Assembly (NCBI GenBank): GCA_039028615.1 | Contig: JBCCHT010000032.1 | Span: forward strand, 83,057 to 147,056 | DNA: 64,000 nt | Reading direction: 5' to 3' | Source: Myxococcota bacterium | GTDB lineage: Bacteria; Myxococcota_A; Polyangia; Nannocystales; Nannocystaceae | Part shown: positions 28,438 to 37,184 of the stretch, one piece after another | How positions within the stretch are numbered: position 1 is the first letter of the stretch | Layout: each line of letters opens with the position of its first letter | Program-made: the position numbers and the translations under genes | Notes under the pieces: generated by a model | Seen by the model: the letters and a program-made list of their open reading frames with translations, nothing else | What the model was told of the DNA's origin: nothing | Database searches by the model: none

Positions 28438-29642
28438 GCGGAGGTCTCTTTGTCTTCGGGGCTCGGCTCAGCGGCGGGGGCAGGGGACGGCGCCGCCTCG
28501 GCCTTCGCCGCCTTGCGAGCGTCGCGGTCCCGCTGCACGTAGACCCCCCGCAGCCGCATGAAGGGAGCCTCGATGCCGTTGAAGGCCAAGAAGCTCACCG
28601 CCAGCGAGACCGGGATGATGATGAGGCAGGTGTTGGCGGCCGCGTCCGCATAGGCCGACCACCCGAACGAGGTGTGGAAGTCGAAGAGCAGCCCGTGGTC
28701 GTGCAGCCCCTGCATGACCATGAAGTGACACAGGTAGGTCGAGAAGCTGAGGTCCCCCAAAAACGCCAGCGGCTTGGAGATGAGCCGCGGCAGCACCCGG
28801 GAGAAGCTCAGGTAGCAGAACACGAAGACGGTGCACGCCACGGCCTCGACGGTGGGCCACAGCGCCTTCCACCACACCTGCAGGGGCCACCCGCCCAGCT
28901 GGTTGAGCGAGAAGGTGCAGCCGAAGAACGCCGCGAGGCCCAGCAGGATGAGCCAGGGGGAGCGCTCGGCGACGTTGTAGCGCAGGTGGGCGCGCGCCAG
29001 CAGCATGCCCAGGATGAACGCGTCGATGCGCCCGGGCAGGTGCCAGTAGTTCATGTCGCGGACCGAGTTGCCGACCAGGAACCCGATGAGGCGCAAGGCG
29101 ATGGCAAAGGCCAGCAGGTACAGCAGCGGCTTGGCGCCCTCGCGATTGAGGAAGGTATTGAGGAAGGGGAAGATGAAATAGAACTGGACCTCGACCGCCA
29201 CCGTCCAGAAGGTCGTGGAGATGGGCCACAGCTGGAGCGCGGCCAGGCTGTTGCCCATGAGCATCGAGGCCGAGGCCAGCGCGCCGTCCAAGCTCACCCG
29301 CTCGGGGAACACGGCCATCCCGAAGAACACGACGGTCAGGTAGACGGGCGCCACCCGCAGCGCTCGGTTGCGCATGAAGGGCAGGTACCGGATGTCCCGC
29401 CCCGCGCCGACGAGCGAGAACATGAAGCCCGAGACGACGAAGAACAGCGTGACCACGATGTGGGTCTCGATGAACAGAGACCAGATCGGGTTGTTGGTGG
29501 AGATCCACGTGTCGGGCGTCAGGCCGGGGGACTCCCAGCGGCGGTGGATCAACCAGAAGCTGTGGTGGAAGACGACGAGCAGCGACGCAAACGCGCGGAT
29601 GTGATCGACCCCCGCGATGTACTCGATGTTCTTGCTGCGCAC
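28434..29642 (-). CDS. Acyltransferase family 3 (OafA/YrhL-like)
   Basis: DHIRAFA..VVFHH, FFVVSGF, RALRV.P, WTVAVEVQFY, SFSTYLCH, IEAP. Confidence 0.92.
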   Translation of the reverse strand: MRSKNIEYIAGVDHIRAFASLLVVFHHSFWLIHRRWESPGLTPDTWISTNNPIWSLFIETHIVVTLFFVVSGFMFSLVGAGRDIRYLPFMRNRALRVAPVYLTVVFFGMAVFPERVSLDGALASASMLMGNSLAALQLWPISTTFWTVAVEVQFYFIFPFLNTFLNREGAKPLLYLLAFAIALRLIGFLVGNSVRDMNYWHLPGRIDAFILGMLLARAHLRYNVAERSPWLILLGLAAFFGCTFSLNQLGGWPLQVWWKALWPTVEAVACTVFVFCYLSFSRVLPRLISKPLAFLGDLSFSTYLCHFMVMQGLHDHGLLFDFHTSFGWSAYADAAANTCLIIIPVSLAVSFLAFNGIEAPFMRLRGVYVQRDRDARKAAKAEAAPSPAPAAEPSPEDKETSA

Positions 29643-29854
29643 GCCCAGCCCGCTCCCAGCGCGAAGCTCGCACTGGTCTCAATGGTCGCGCAAGGCGGAC
29701 GACTTGGCGATGCGCGCTTGGCGTCAGGCAGATCGAGGGCTACGGTGAAGCGTTAGCGCAAAGGCGGCAGCGTCGTTCCATGGTGCGTGGCGGCACATTC
29801 TCAGTCCGACAGGGGGCCAAATGCGGGTTTTCGCCCAGAAGCGGAAACTGCGCG

Positions 29855-29881
29855 GGAACTCTTGGGCACGGAATTCCGTGT
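29855..29881 (+). promoter_or_regulatory. Putative ECF-type autoregulatory promoter
   Basis: GGAACT-N16-CGTGT directly upstream of the ECF gene, matching the AAC (-35) / CGT (-10) pattern typical of ECF promoters. Confidence 0.45.
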
Positions 29882-29891
29882 GAGGAGTCAG

Positions 29892-30500
29892 GTGACCGAG
29901 GCCATCTCGATCAGACCGGTGCCTGATCGCCCCACCCGAGCGCCCGAACTCGACGAGGTCACCCTCGCGAGGGCGCAACGGGGCGATCTGCGCGCCAAGC
30001 GGGCTCTGGTCGAGCGATACCAGCGACCGGTGGTCGCGCTCGTGTCTCGGTTGCTCCGCGGTCAGGCCGATCCGGGCCTGGTCGAGGACATCGCCCAGGA
30101 GACGTTCCTCCGGGTGTTTCGAGCCCTACCCAAGTTCGATCGTCATGGCCCGGCCCGTCTGTCGACCTGGATCCTCACCATCGCGAGCCACCGCTCGATC
30201 GACGAGCTGCGTCGGCGTCGGCTGGACACGCGACCCTTCGATCCCACGGCATTCGAGATCCCGGCCAACGACCGAGCCGACGCGACGGCGGAGCGAACGA
30301 TGTTGGCCCGGCTGCTGAGTGACGCGGTCGACAGCCTGTCGCCCGAGTACCGGGCGGCGTTCGTGCTGCGCGAGTATCATGGCCTGGAGTACGCCGAGAT
30401 CGCGCGGGTGTTGGGCATCGACTTGGGCACGGTCAAGTCCCGGTTGAGCCGGGCCCGAAGCCGCCTTCGGAAGGCGCTGGCGGAGGTCTACCATGGGTGA
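29892..30500 (+). CDS. ECF RNA polymerase sigma factor
   Basis: EDIAQETFLR, TWILTIA, LREYHGLEYAEIA, GTVKSRLSRAR; GAGGAG before the GTG. Confidence 0.93.
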   Translation: MTEAISIRPVPDRPTRAPELDEVTLARAQRGDLRAKRALVERYQRPVVALVSRLLRGQADPGLVEDIAQETFLRVFRALPKFDRHGPARLSTWILTIASHRSIDELRRRRLDTRPFDPTAFEIPANDRADATAERTMLARLLSDAVDSLSPEYRAAFVLREYHGLEYAEIARVLGIDLGTVKSRLSRARSRLRKALAEVYHG

Positions 30501-32274
30501 CGACGACGAACGCGGCGGCGTAAAGGCGGCTTTGAACGAAGCCGTGATCGATGCTCGCTTCGGGCAGGCCCTCGATGCATGGCGCGAGCTCGGCCCCGAG
30601 GACGATCTCGGGACCGACTTCATCGATCGGGTCATGAAGGCCGAAGAGGCCCGGGCCCGCCCGCGGGTGGTTGCGCTCAGCGACGACGATGCGCCCATGG
30701 CCGTCGCCCAGCGCCCGAGCTCTCGGCGCTGGCGCTGGGGCTTGGCCGCGGCCAGCATCGCCGGCTTGCTGACGCTGGGGCTCCGGCCGTGGTCGGGCGA
30801 CTCCTTGCCGGGCGCGTTGGTCGAGGCCGATGCGCCGAGCACCGCCGAGGCGGTGGCCGGGGTCGGCGATGGGTTCGAGGTCCCCGAGCTGACGGCCGAA
30901 GGCGTGCCCGGGCAGCCCTTGCCGCCCGACTTCGGCACCAGCATCGAGTCGTATATCGAAGAGTACGGCCGCAACTACGGGCCCGCGTTCAAGTTCCACG
31001 GCGTGGTGCTGGTGGCTCGTCGCGGCGAGGTCCTCTATCAACGCGGCTTCGGCCTGGCCGATGCCATCGAGGGCACGCCCAACACCATCCACACTCGCTT
31101 CCGCCTCGGGCTGCTCACCGAGCCCTTCACCGCGCTGGCGATCCTCCAGCTGCGCGACCAGGGCAAGCTGAGCCTCCGCGACACCCTCGACGAGCTGGTG
31201 CCCGAGCTGCCTCGCGGCGGCCACATCACCATCGCCGACCTGCTCTCGCATCGCTCCGGCATTCCCAACTACACCGATCTTCCCGAGTTCTCCGAGTGGA
31301 AGTCCAAGCCCACCGACTCGGTCACCATGCTCGAGCGCATCGCCGCCCTGCCGCTGCAGTTCGCACCGGGCAGCGCCACCGCGCCGAGTAACTCCAACTA
31401 CTACTTGCTCGGCCTCATCATCGAGCGGGTCACGGGGGACACCTACGCCGAGTTCATGCAGCGCAGCGTGTTCGAGCCCGCGGCGATGGGAGACAGCAGC
31501 TTCGGCGACGCCTGGGACAGCGGCGAGCAGGCCCGGGGCAACGTGTGGAACGAGGGCGAGTTCCTCGAGCCGCCCGAGCCCATCGACATGAGCAACTTCG
31601 GCGCCGCGGGTGGCCTCGTCGCGAGCCCGGCCGACATGGTCGCGTGGGACCGAGCCCTGAGCGCGGGCACCCTGTTGTCGGGCGAGAGCCTCGACGAGAT
31701 GGGCACGCCCTCCGAGGACGGCTACGGCTATGGCTGGGTCGTCAGCCGGGCCTACGGCCAGCGTTTGCTGAGCTTCCCCGGCGCCATCGATGGCTACAGC
31801 GGCTCGGTGCTGCGCTTCCAAGAGGACGGAACCTTGGTGGTCGTGTTGGCCAATACCGAGGTCGTGCCCGGGGCCCAGGTCGCCCAAGACGTCGCCATGA
31901 TGGTCCACGGCGATCAGCCGGCCGTGCGCAACGAGCCGGCCGAGATCAGCGTCGCGCCGGGCACCTATGCCCGCTATGTGGGCACCTACGGCATCTCGCA
32001 GCAGACCCGCGAGGCCCTGGCCGACTCCGTGCCCGCGGGCGGCTTCGCCCCCTTCGAGACGGTGCACGTCGAGCAAGAAGACGATCGGCTGTACTTCAAC
32101 CTGCCCGGCCACGCCCGCACGTGGATGCACCCCATGGGTCGCCACCGGTTCTTCTTCAAGGACCACTCCGGCAACAAGGTCAGCTTCGAACTCGACGGCG
32201 GCACGCAGGCCGCTCGCATGACCGTGCACTATCCCGGCGTGCAGCTGGTGCTCGACCGCAAGCCTTCTGGTTGA
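30493..32274 (+). CDS. Membrane-anchored beta-lactamase/serine-hydrolase-fold protein, catalytically degenerate; putative anti-sigma factor
   Basis: Overlaps the ECF stop; DFIDRVM N-terminus, TM, class C/AmpC-like fold (ITIADLLSHRSG, AAGGL), LLTE in place of SxxK; C-terminal RYVGTY segment. Confidence 0.85.
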   Translation: MGDDDERGGVKAALNEAVIDARFGQALDAWRELGPEDDLGTDFIDRVMKAEEARARPRVVALSDDDAPMAVAQRPSSRRWRWGLAAASIAGLLTLGLRPWSGDSLPGALVEADAPSTAEAVAGVGDGFEVPELTAEGVPGQPLPPDFGTSIESYIEEYGRNYGPAFKFHGVVLVARRGEVLYQRGFGLADAIEGTPNTIHTRFRLGLLTEPFTALAILQLRDQGKLSLRDTLDELVPELPRGGHITIADLLSHRSGIPNYTDLPEFSEWKSKPTDSVTMLERIAALPLQFAPGSATAPSNSNYYLLGLIIERVTGDTYAEFMQRSVFEPAAMGDSSFGDAWDSGEQARGNVWNEGEFLEPPEPIDMSNFGAAGGLVASPADMVAWDRALSAGTLLSGESLDEMGTPSEDGYGYGWVVSRAYGQRLLSFPGAIDGYSGSVLRFQEDGTLVVVLANTEVVPGAQVAQDVAMMVHGDQPAVRNEPAEISVAPGTYARYVGTYGISQQTREALADSVPAGGFAPFETVHVEQEDDRLYFNLPGHARTWMHPMGRHRFFFKDHSGNKVSFELDGGTQAARMTVHYPGVQLVLDRKPSG

Positions 32275-32332
32275 GCCTCGCCGTCACGGAGCTTGTCTGG
32301 CCACGGTGCTGGCGAGACAATCTCCGTGCACC

Positions 32333-33073
32333 ATGAAGATTACTCGCCGTCGCGCCATGCAACAGACCACGCTGGGGAGCCTCGGCGCGGCCCTGTCCGG
32401 TTGTGCTCCCGTGTCCGCGGCCGGTTCTTCGCCTCCGTCTTCGTCGGAGGTCGCCACGGTCGCGTCGAGCTACGTGGCCGAGCCTTTGCCCTTCGATCCG
32501 AGCACTCTGCCCGGGTTGTCCGAGGGCCTGCTTCGCTCGCACCACGACAAGAACTACGCGGGGGCGGTGAAGAAGCTCAACGGTGCGCGCGAGCACCTTG
32601 CCGCCCTCGACGAGCAGGCGCCAGGCTACGTGTTGCAAGGCCTGACGCAGAGCGAGCTGGCCTTCAAGCACTCGGTGGTGCTGCACGAGCTGTACTTCTC
32701 GAACCTCACTGGAGGAGGGTCGAAGGGGTCGGCGACGACTCGCCTGCTGTCCGAGCACTTCGGCGGTGCCGCGGCCTGGGAGCAGCGATTCCGGGCGCTG
32801 GGAGGCAGCCTCGGCGGCGGGAGCGGCTGGGCGATCATCGAGTACGATCTGCACGAAGGGGTGCCGCGCATGTACAGCGCCGCGGATCACACCCAGGGGA
32901 TGTCGACCGGGATTCCGTTGCTGGTGCTCGACATGTACGAGCACAGCTACCACATGGACTACGGCACGGCGGCGGCGCGCTACATCGATGCGTTCTTCGC
33001 CAACCTCCACTGGGAGGAGCTCGATCGGCGTACGGCCACCGCGTTGGCGATGGCCGAGTGCTCGGCGCGCTGA
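32333..33073 (+). CDS. Fe/Mn superoxide dismutase family (ChrC-like) with Tat/lipoprotein signal
   Basis: HHDKNYAGAV, LHELYFSNL, GSGW, LDMYEHSYHMDY; TRRR..LSGC signal. Confidence 0.9.
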   Translation: MKITRRRAMQQTTLGSLGAALSGCAPVSAAGSSPPSSSEVATVASSYVAEPLPFDPSTLPGLSEGLLRSHHDKNYAGAVKKLNGAREHLAALDEQAPGYVLQGLTQSELAFKHSVVLHELYFSNLTGGGSKGSATTRLLSEHFGGAAAWEQRFRALGGSLGGGSGWAIIEYDLHEGVPRMYSAADHTQGMSTGIPLLVLDMYEHSYHMDYGTAAARYIDAFFANLHWEELDRRTATALAMAECSAR

Positions 33074-33235
33074 CGACCGATGGGCCCAGGAAGGCCCTCG
33101 TGAGCCGTTTCGCGCCCGGTCTCCGTGGTTCGAGCCGATTACGCGCTGTCTTGAACGCCAGCCGGATTGCGTCGGGATCCGCTCGAAACCCCCGGCTTTA
33201 CAGCATGGAATCTCCCAACGTAGCGTCGCTTCGAC

Positions 33236-34495
33236 ATGGCTTCGACTCGACGATGGGTGGTCCCGGTGAGCCTCGCATCACTGGCCTCGGTGCTGGCGTG
33301 CAGCGGAGGCGAAGGCATGACGAGGGGGCCGACGACCACGACCGGCGAGGACGGCACCACCGGCTCGATCACGACCTTCGATCCGACGACGACCATCGAT
33401 CCCAGCGACCCGACGCTGACCGGCAGCACCTCGGGGTCCGGCGCGGGCTCGGGCGACGAGGATTCATCCGAGGGCAGCGGCGCCACCGACGGCGGCAGCA
33501 CGAGCACGAGCACGGGCGAGGGCGAGGGCGACTCGAGCAGCGGGGTGGTCGACGACGACGCCCCGTCGGTGCAGTCCACGATGCCGGCCGACCTCGAGTC
33601 GGGGGTGGCACCCGACGCCACCCTCACGATCGAGTTCGACGAGGTCATGGACCCGGCCACCGTCACCGCCGACACGATGGACGGCCCGTGCATGGGCTCG
33701 GTGCAGGTCTCGGTCGACGACTTCGCGACCTGCATCGCCATGGCGGGCGCGCCCACCAGTGCCGACGACACGAGCTTCGAGCTCGCCCCGGCCGACCTCC
33801 TGCCGAGCACGGCCACGGTTCGCGTGCGGGTGCTCGACACGGTGACCGATGCGGCCGGCAACGCGATGGAGGCCGAGTTCACCACGCCGATGGGCTTCGT
33901 CGTGCGGTACTTCCACCCGATAGTGATCGACGGGCTCGACGACTTCGGGCCGGCCGAGACCTTTGCCACCTCGACCGTCGGCCACGAGGGGCGGATCGCC
34001 TGGGATGCCGACTTCCTGTACATCGGGATGGACAGCCCGGATATCGCCGCGGGCAACGACCAGGTGTGGCTGGTCGCGTACGTCGGAGGCGTGGGCGGGG
34101 GCAACCCCATCGGGGTCACCTACAACACGCAGACGCCCACGCTGTCCTTCGACGCGCGCTGGCACCTGCGCTGGCGGGCCGACGGGGGCTTCGTGGGCGG
34201 GCTCGAGTGGAACGGGGTCGCGTGGGTCGATGCGACCTTCACCATCGAGCCGACCGACGTGGCGGCCAGCGGCAGCTTCGTGGAGATGCGCGTGCCGTGG
34301 ACGGTGATCGGCAACCCGACCACGCTCGACCTGCACCTGGGCCTGCTGCGGGAGCAGGACCTCAACGAAGCGAGCTGGGCGGCGGTGCCCGAGTCGTCGT
34401 ACGTCGATGGGTACAACCCGAGCTACTCCGCGCTGTTTCAGTTCGATCGGTACGGATCCACCGAGCCGGGGTCTTACGTCCCCATGGTGCGGTAG
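33236..34495 (+). CDS. Lipoprotein with Ig-like domain and DOMON/CBM9-like domain
   Basis: VLAC lipobox; STMPAD...FDEVMD...VTDAAGN; IDGLDDF...AWDADFLYIG...EMRVPW. Confidence 0.75.
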   Translation: MASTRRWVVPVSLASLASVLACSGGEGMTRGPTTTTGEDGTTGSITTFDPTTTIDPSDPTLTGSTSGSGAGSGDEDSSEGSGATDGGSTSTSTGEGEGDSSSGVVDDDAPSVQSTMPADLESGVAPDATLTIEFDEVMDPATVTADTMDGPCMGSVQVSVDDFATCIAMAGAPTSADDTSFELAPADLLPSTATVRVRVLDTVTDAAGNAMEAEFTTPMGFVVRYFHPIVIDGLDDFGPAETFATSTVGHEGRIAWDADFLYIGMDSPDIAAGNDQVWLVAYVGGVGGGNPIGVTYNTQTPTLSFDARWHLRWRADGGFVGGLEWNGVAWVDATFTIEPTDVAASGSFVEMRVPWTVIGNPTTLDLHLGLLREQDLNEASWAAVPESSYVDGYNPSYSALFQFDRYGSTEPGSYVPMVR

Positions 34496-34667
34496 GGGTC
34501 GCGCCGACCGGTCCACCGTCTCGAAGTAGGTGCGAAACCGACAGTGGCAGATTCGGCCGATTGGCAGGTGCTCGATCGCATCGCATTCAATGGATCGAAG
34601 TGAGGTTCAGGCGTTCCCCGAGGAGTGCGTCACGCACGGCCTCGGCTATGCTCTGGCACCCCCCGGC

Positions 34668-36419
34668 ATGGCGCGCAATTACTCGATTTTCCCCAAGAAC
34701 GGCCTTCTCGCGACCATGGGCCTGCTGGTCGCGTGCTACTCGAGCATCGACGGCTCCGAGGACGGCGGCGGCGGTGGTGGCGACCACTCGATCCCCGACG
34801 TGCCCGCGACCTGCGAGGGCTTCGACGCCCAAGACATCAGCAATCCCGACGCCGTGATCTCGGGCGCCGATTGCAACGAGGACGCGATTCGAGCCGCGGT
34901 CGAGGCCGGTGGGACCGTGCGCGTGGAGTGCCCCGATGGCCCGGTCTCCTTCACCGAGCACATCGAGATCCGCAGCGACACCGTGCTCGATGGCGCGGGG
35001 GTGACCGTGTTCGACGGCGGCGGCGTGACACGCCTGCTGTTCAAGCCCTCGGGCCCCGATCTCTACGTCCAGAACATCACCCTGCAAAACGGTCGCGCCC
35101 CCGATGCTACCGGCAACCCGGAGGTGACTGGAGCCAACTGGTTCAACTGGGCCGGCGGTGCAATTTTGGCACATGGGCACGAGTCCGGTCAGCGCATCGG
35201 CGGGGGGCTTTATGGCAAGAACCTGGTGTGTCGCAATAGCAGCACTGGGGCGAACAGCCGCGATCCGGAGTCGGGACAGATCCTCGACACCGGCACGGGC
35301 GGTTGCGTCTACGCCTTCCACTCGCGCTTCCATTGCGACGGCTGCGAGTTCACCGACAACCGAGCCACGCTGGGCGGTGCCGTGGGCAGCCTGGGCTCGA
35401 AGGTGCTGCTGACCAACGGCGTGTGCGTGGGCAACGAAGCCCGCTACGACACCTCGGACAACGTCAACCAGGGCTTTGGCGGTTGTCACTATCAGGACGG
35501 GACCGAGACCGGCCCGGGCGAAGACGAGACCAACTACGTGCACTTGTGCGGCAACTACATGGCCGGCAACCACGCGGATGCGTCGGGCGGTGCGATCTCG
35601 ATCTTCTACCGACAAGGCACGCGCACCTCGATCGCCGTCGTCAGCAATGTCTGCGAGGGTAACTCGGGCGGCGACTCCGGCGATCTGTATCAAGGCGGCG
35701 GGTGCATGTACTCGTTCGTCGACCCGGATACGCGCATCCCGTGGGCGCCCGACGAGGGCCCCGACGAGTTCATCGTCAGCCGCAATGCGTTCATCGAAAA
35801 CTCGGCCGAGTACTTCGGTGGCGGCGCGTCGATCTACAACATCTGGAACACGGCCACGCGCTTCGACAACAACCTGTTCCTGCGGAACGAAGTTCGGACC
35901 ACCGATCAGAGCACGGGCGGCGGCGGTGGCCTCGGGCTTCTGGGGGCGTTCTTCGATGTCGAGCACAACACCTTCATCGGCAACCGCGCCAACAACTGGG
36001 CGGGCGGCATCACGCTGGGGGCGGGCGGTGTGGCACTTCGCAACAACCTATTCTTCGAGAACTACGCGCCGGTCTCCATGGGCAGCTCCGACCTATCGCC
36101 GACCGAGCACGTCAATTGGCACCTCGACGAGGCCGATGACGGGCGCGACGAGGGCTTTTTGGTGTTCGCCAGCGACGGCAACCTGTTCTCGCCCGCAACG
36201 AGCCCCACGGGCCAGCCACGGCCTTCTCCGGGCGGCACCGTGCTCGATCAGGACCCGCAGGTCGGCGAGCTCGTGCGCGACGGCTTCCCGTACTACGTGC
36301 CGCTGAACTCCTCGAGCCCGGCCATCGACGCGGGCACCGATGCGTCGTCCGTCGACGTCGACATCCGCGGTGAGGCGCGCTCGGGAGCACCGGATATCGG
36401 TGCATTCGAAGCGGGCTGA
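34668..36419 (+). CDS. Lipoprotein with right-handed parallel beta-helix (pectin-lyase-like)
   Basis: LVAC lipobox; repeated FxxNxA...GGA motifs; C-terminal SPAIDAG...DIRGEAR...DIGAFE. Confidence 0.85.
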   Translation: MARNYSIFPKNGLLATMGLLVACYSSIDGSEDGGGGGGDHSIPDVPATCEGFDAQDISNPDAVISGADCNEDAIRAAVEAGGTVRVECPDGPVSFTEHIEIRSDTVLDGAGVTVFDGGGVTRLLFKPSGPDLYVQNITLQNGRAPDATGNPEVTGANWFNWAGGAILAHGHESGQRIGGGLYGKNLVCRNSSTGANSRDPESGQILDTGTGGCVYAFHSRFHCDGCEFTDNRATLGGAVGSLGSKVLLTNGVCVGNEARYDTSDNVNQGFGGCHYQDGTETGPGEDETNYVHLCGNYMAGNHADASGGAISIFYRQGTRTSIAVVSNVCEGNSGGDSGDLYQGGGCMYSFVDPDTRIPWAPDEGPDEFIVSRNAFIENSAEYFGGGASIYNIWNTATRFDNNLFLRNEVRTTDQSTGGGGGLGLLGAFFDVEHNTFIGNRANNWAGGITLGAGGVALRNNLFFENYAPVSMGSSDLSPTEHVNWHLDEADDGRDEGFLVFASDGNLFSPATSPTGQPRPSPGGTVLDQDPQVGELVRDGFPYYVPLNSSSPAIDAGTDASSVDVDIRGEARSGAPDIGAFEAG

Positions 36420-37184
36420 TCCATTCGGTGCAACCGATTCGGCTCGTCGGTCATACCCTCCTTCGACCGACCATCGGGCCGTCGTAGCTCGGTACCATTC
36501 GAGGGTATGTCGGTGTCCTACGTAAGTACGTGAGTCCGAAAAAAACGGTCTCGAGAATGCGGACGTTTATGCCGAGTCAAAGTTGCATGAGTGGACCAAA
36601 GAAGGCCCGATCACAACGATGTGCGGTGTGGCAAGAGATTTTTTGCTTTCAGACTTGTTGCAAGGTGTAAACGCGCTAACTTTTAATCATCGCCCGAAAA
36701 CGGCGGGGTTTGGCTAGGCGACTGATAGTGGAATGGAAGCTAGCCAAGTGCCGTTTTCGAGTGGGGGTCACGGGGTCGATGAAGAGACTGCCAGCACGAT
36801 GATGACTCTCCCGATTTAAACCGCTGACAACCACGGTGACCGACGCTGCCGATTGGGCACGCGACGGGCACTCGAAACAATCCGACCCGCAACCACGCCG
36901 GGACTCTTCGCTCGATGGAGCGAATCTCCCCACGGCCAGTCCCCTGGCCGCAAGTCCCGACGTGCACCACCACCCGACGCGTCCGCCCCTAGGACCCGTC
37001 GTCATCCCGACACTCGCAATCTCCCCGAGTCCTGCCACGCGCACGTGCAGGCTCTGCCGACGGTGCTCGCCCCCTAGAGCACGAGTGTCTCGTCATGCTC
37101 ATGCCCAAGGCTCCCTCCCCGGGCCGATGGGGCGTGTTTCGTGGCGATTCGCCCACCCATCCGAGACGAAGGAATCGCTCCCCG

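Noticed and set aside
30493..32274. Functional beta-lactamase resistance gene
   Set aside because: SxxK, YxN and H/KxG motifs are all substituted.
32293..34857. 854 aa plus-strand ORF
   Set aside because: Arg-rich alternative frame over the SOD and lipoprotein genes.
36629..36648. Possible sigma54 promoter TGGCA...TTGC
   Set aside because: GG-to-GC spacing is 13 nt, not the required 10.
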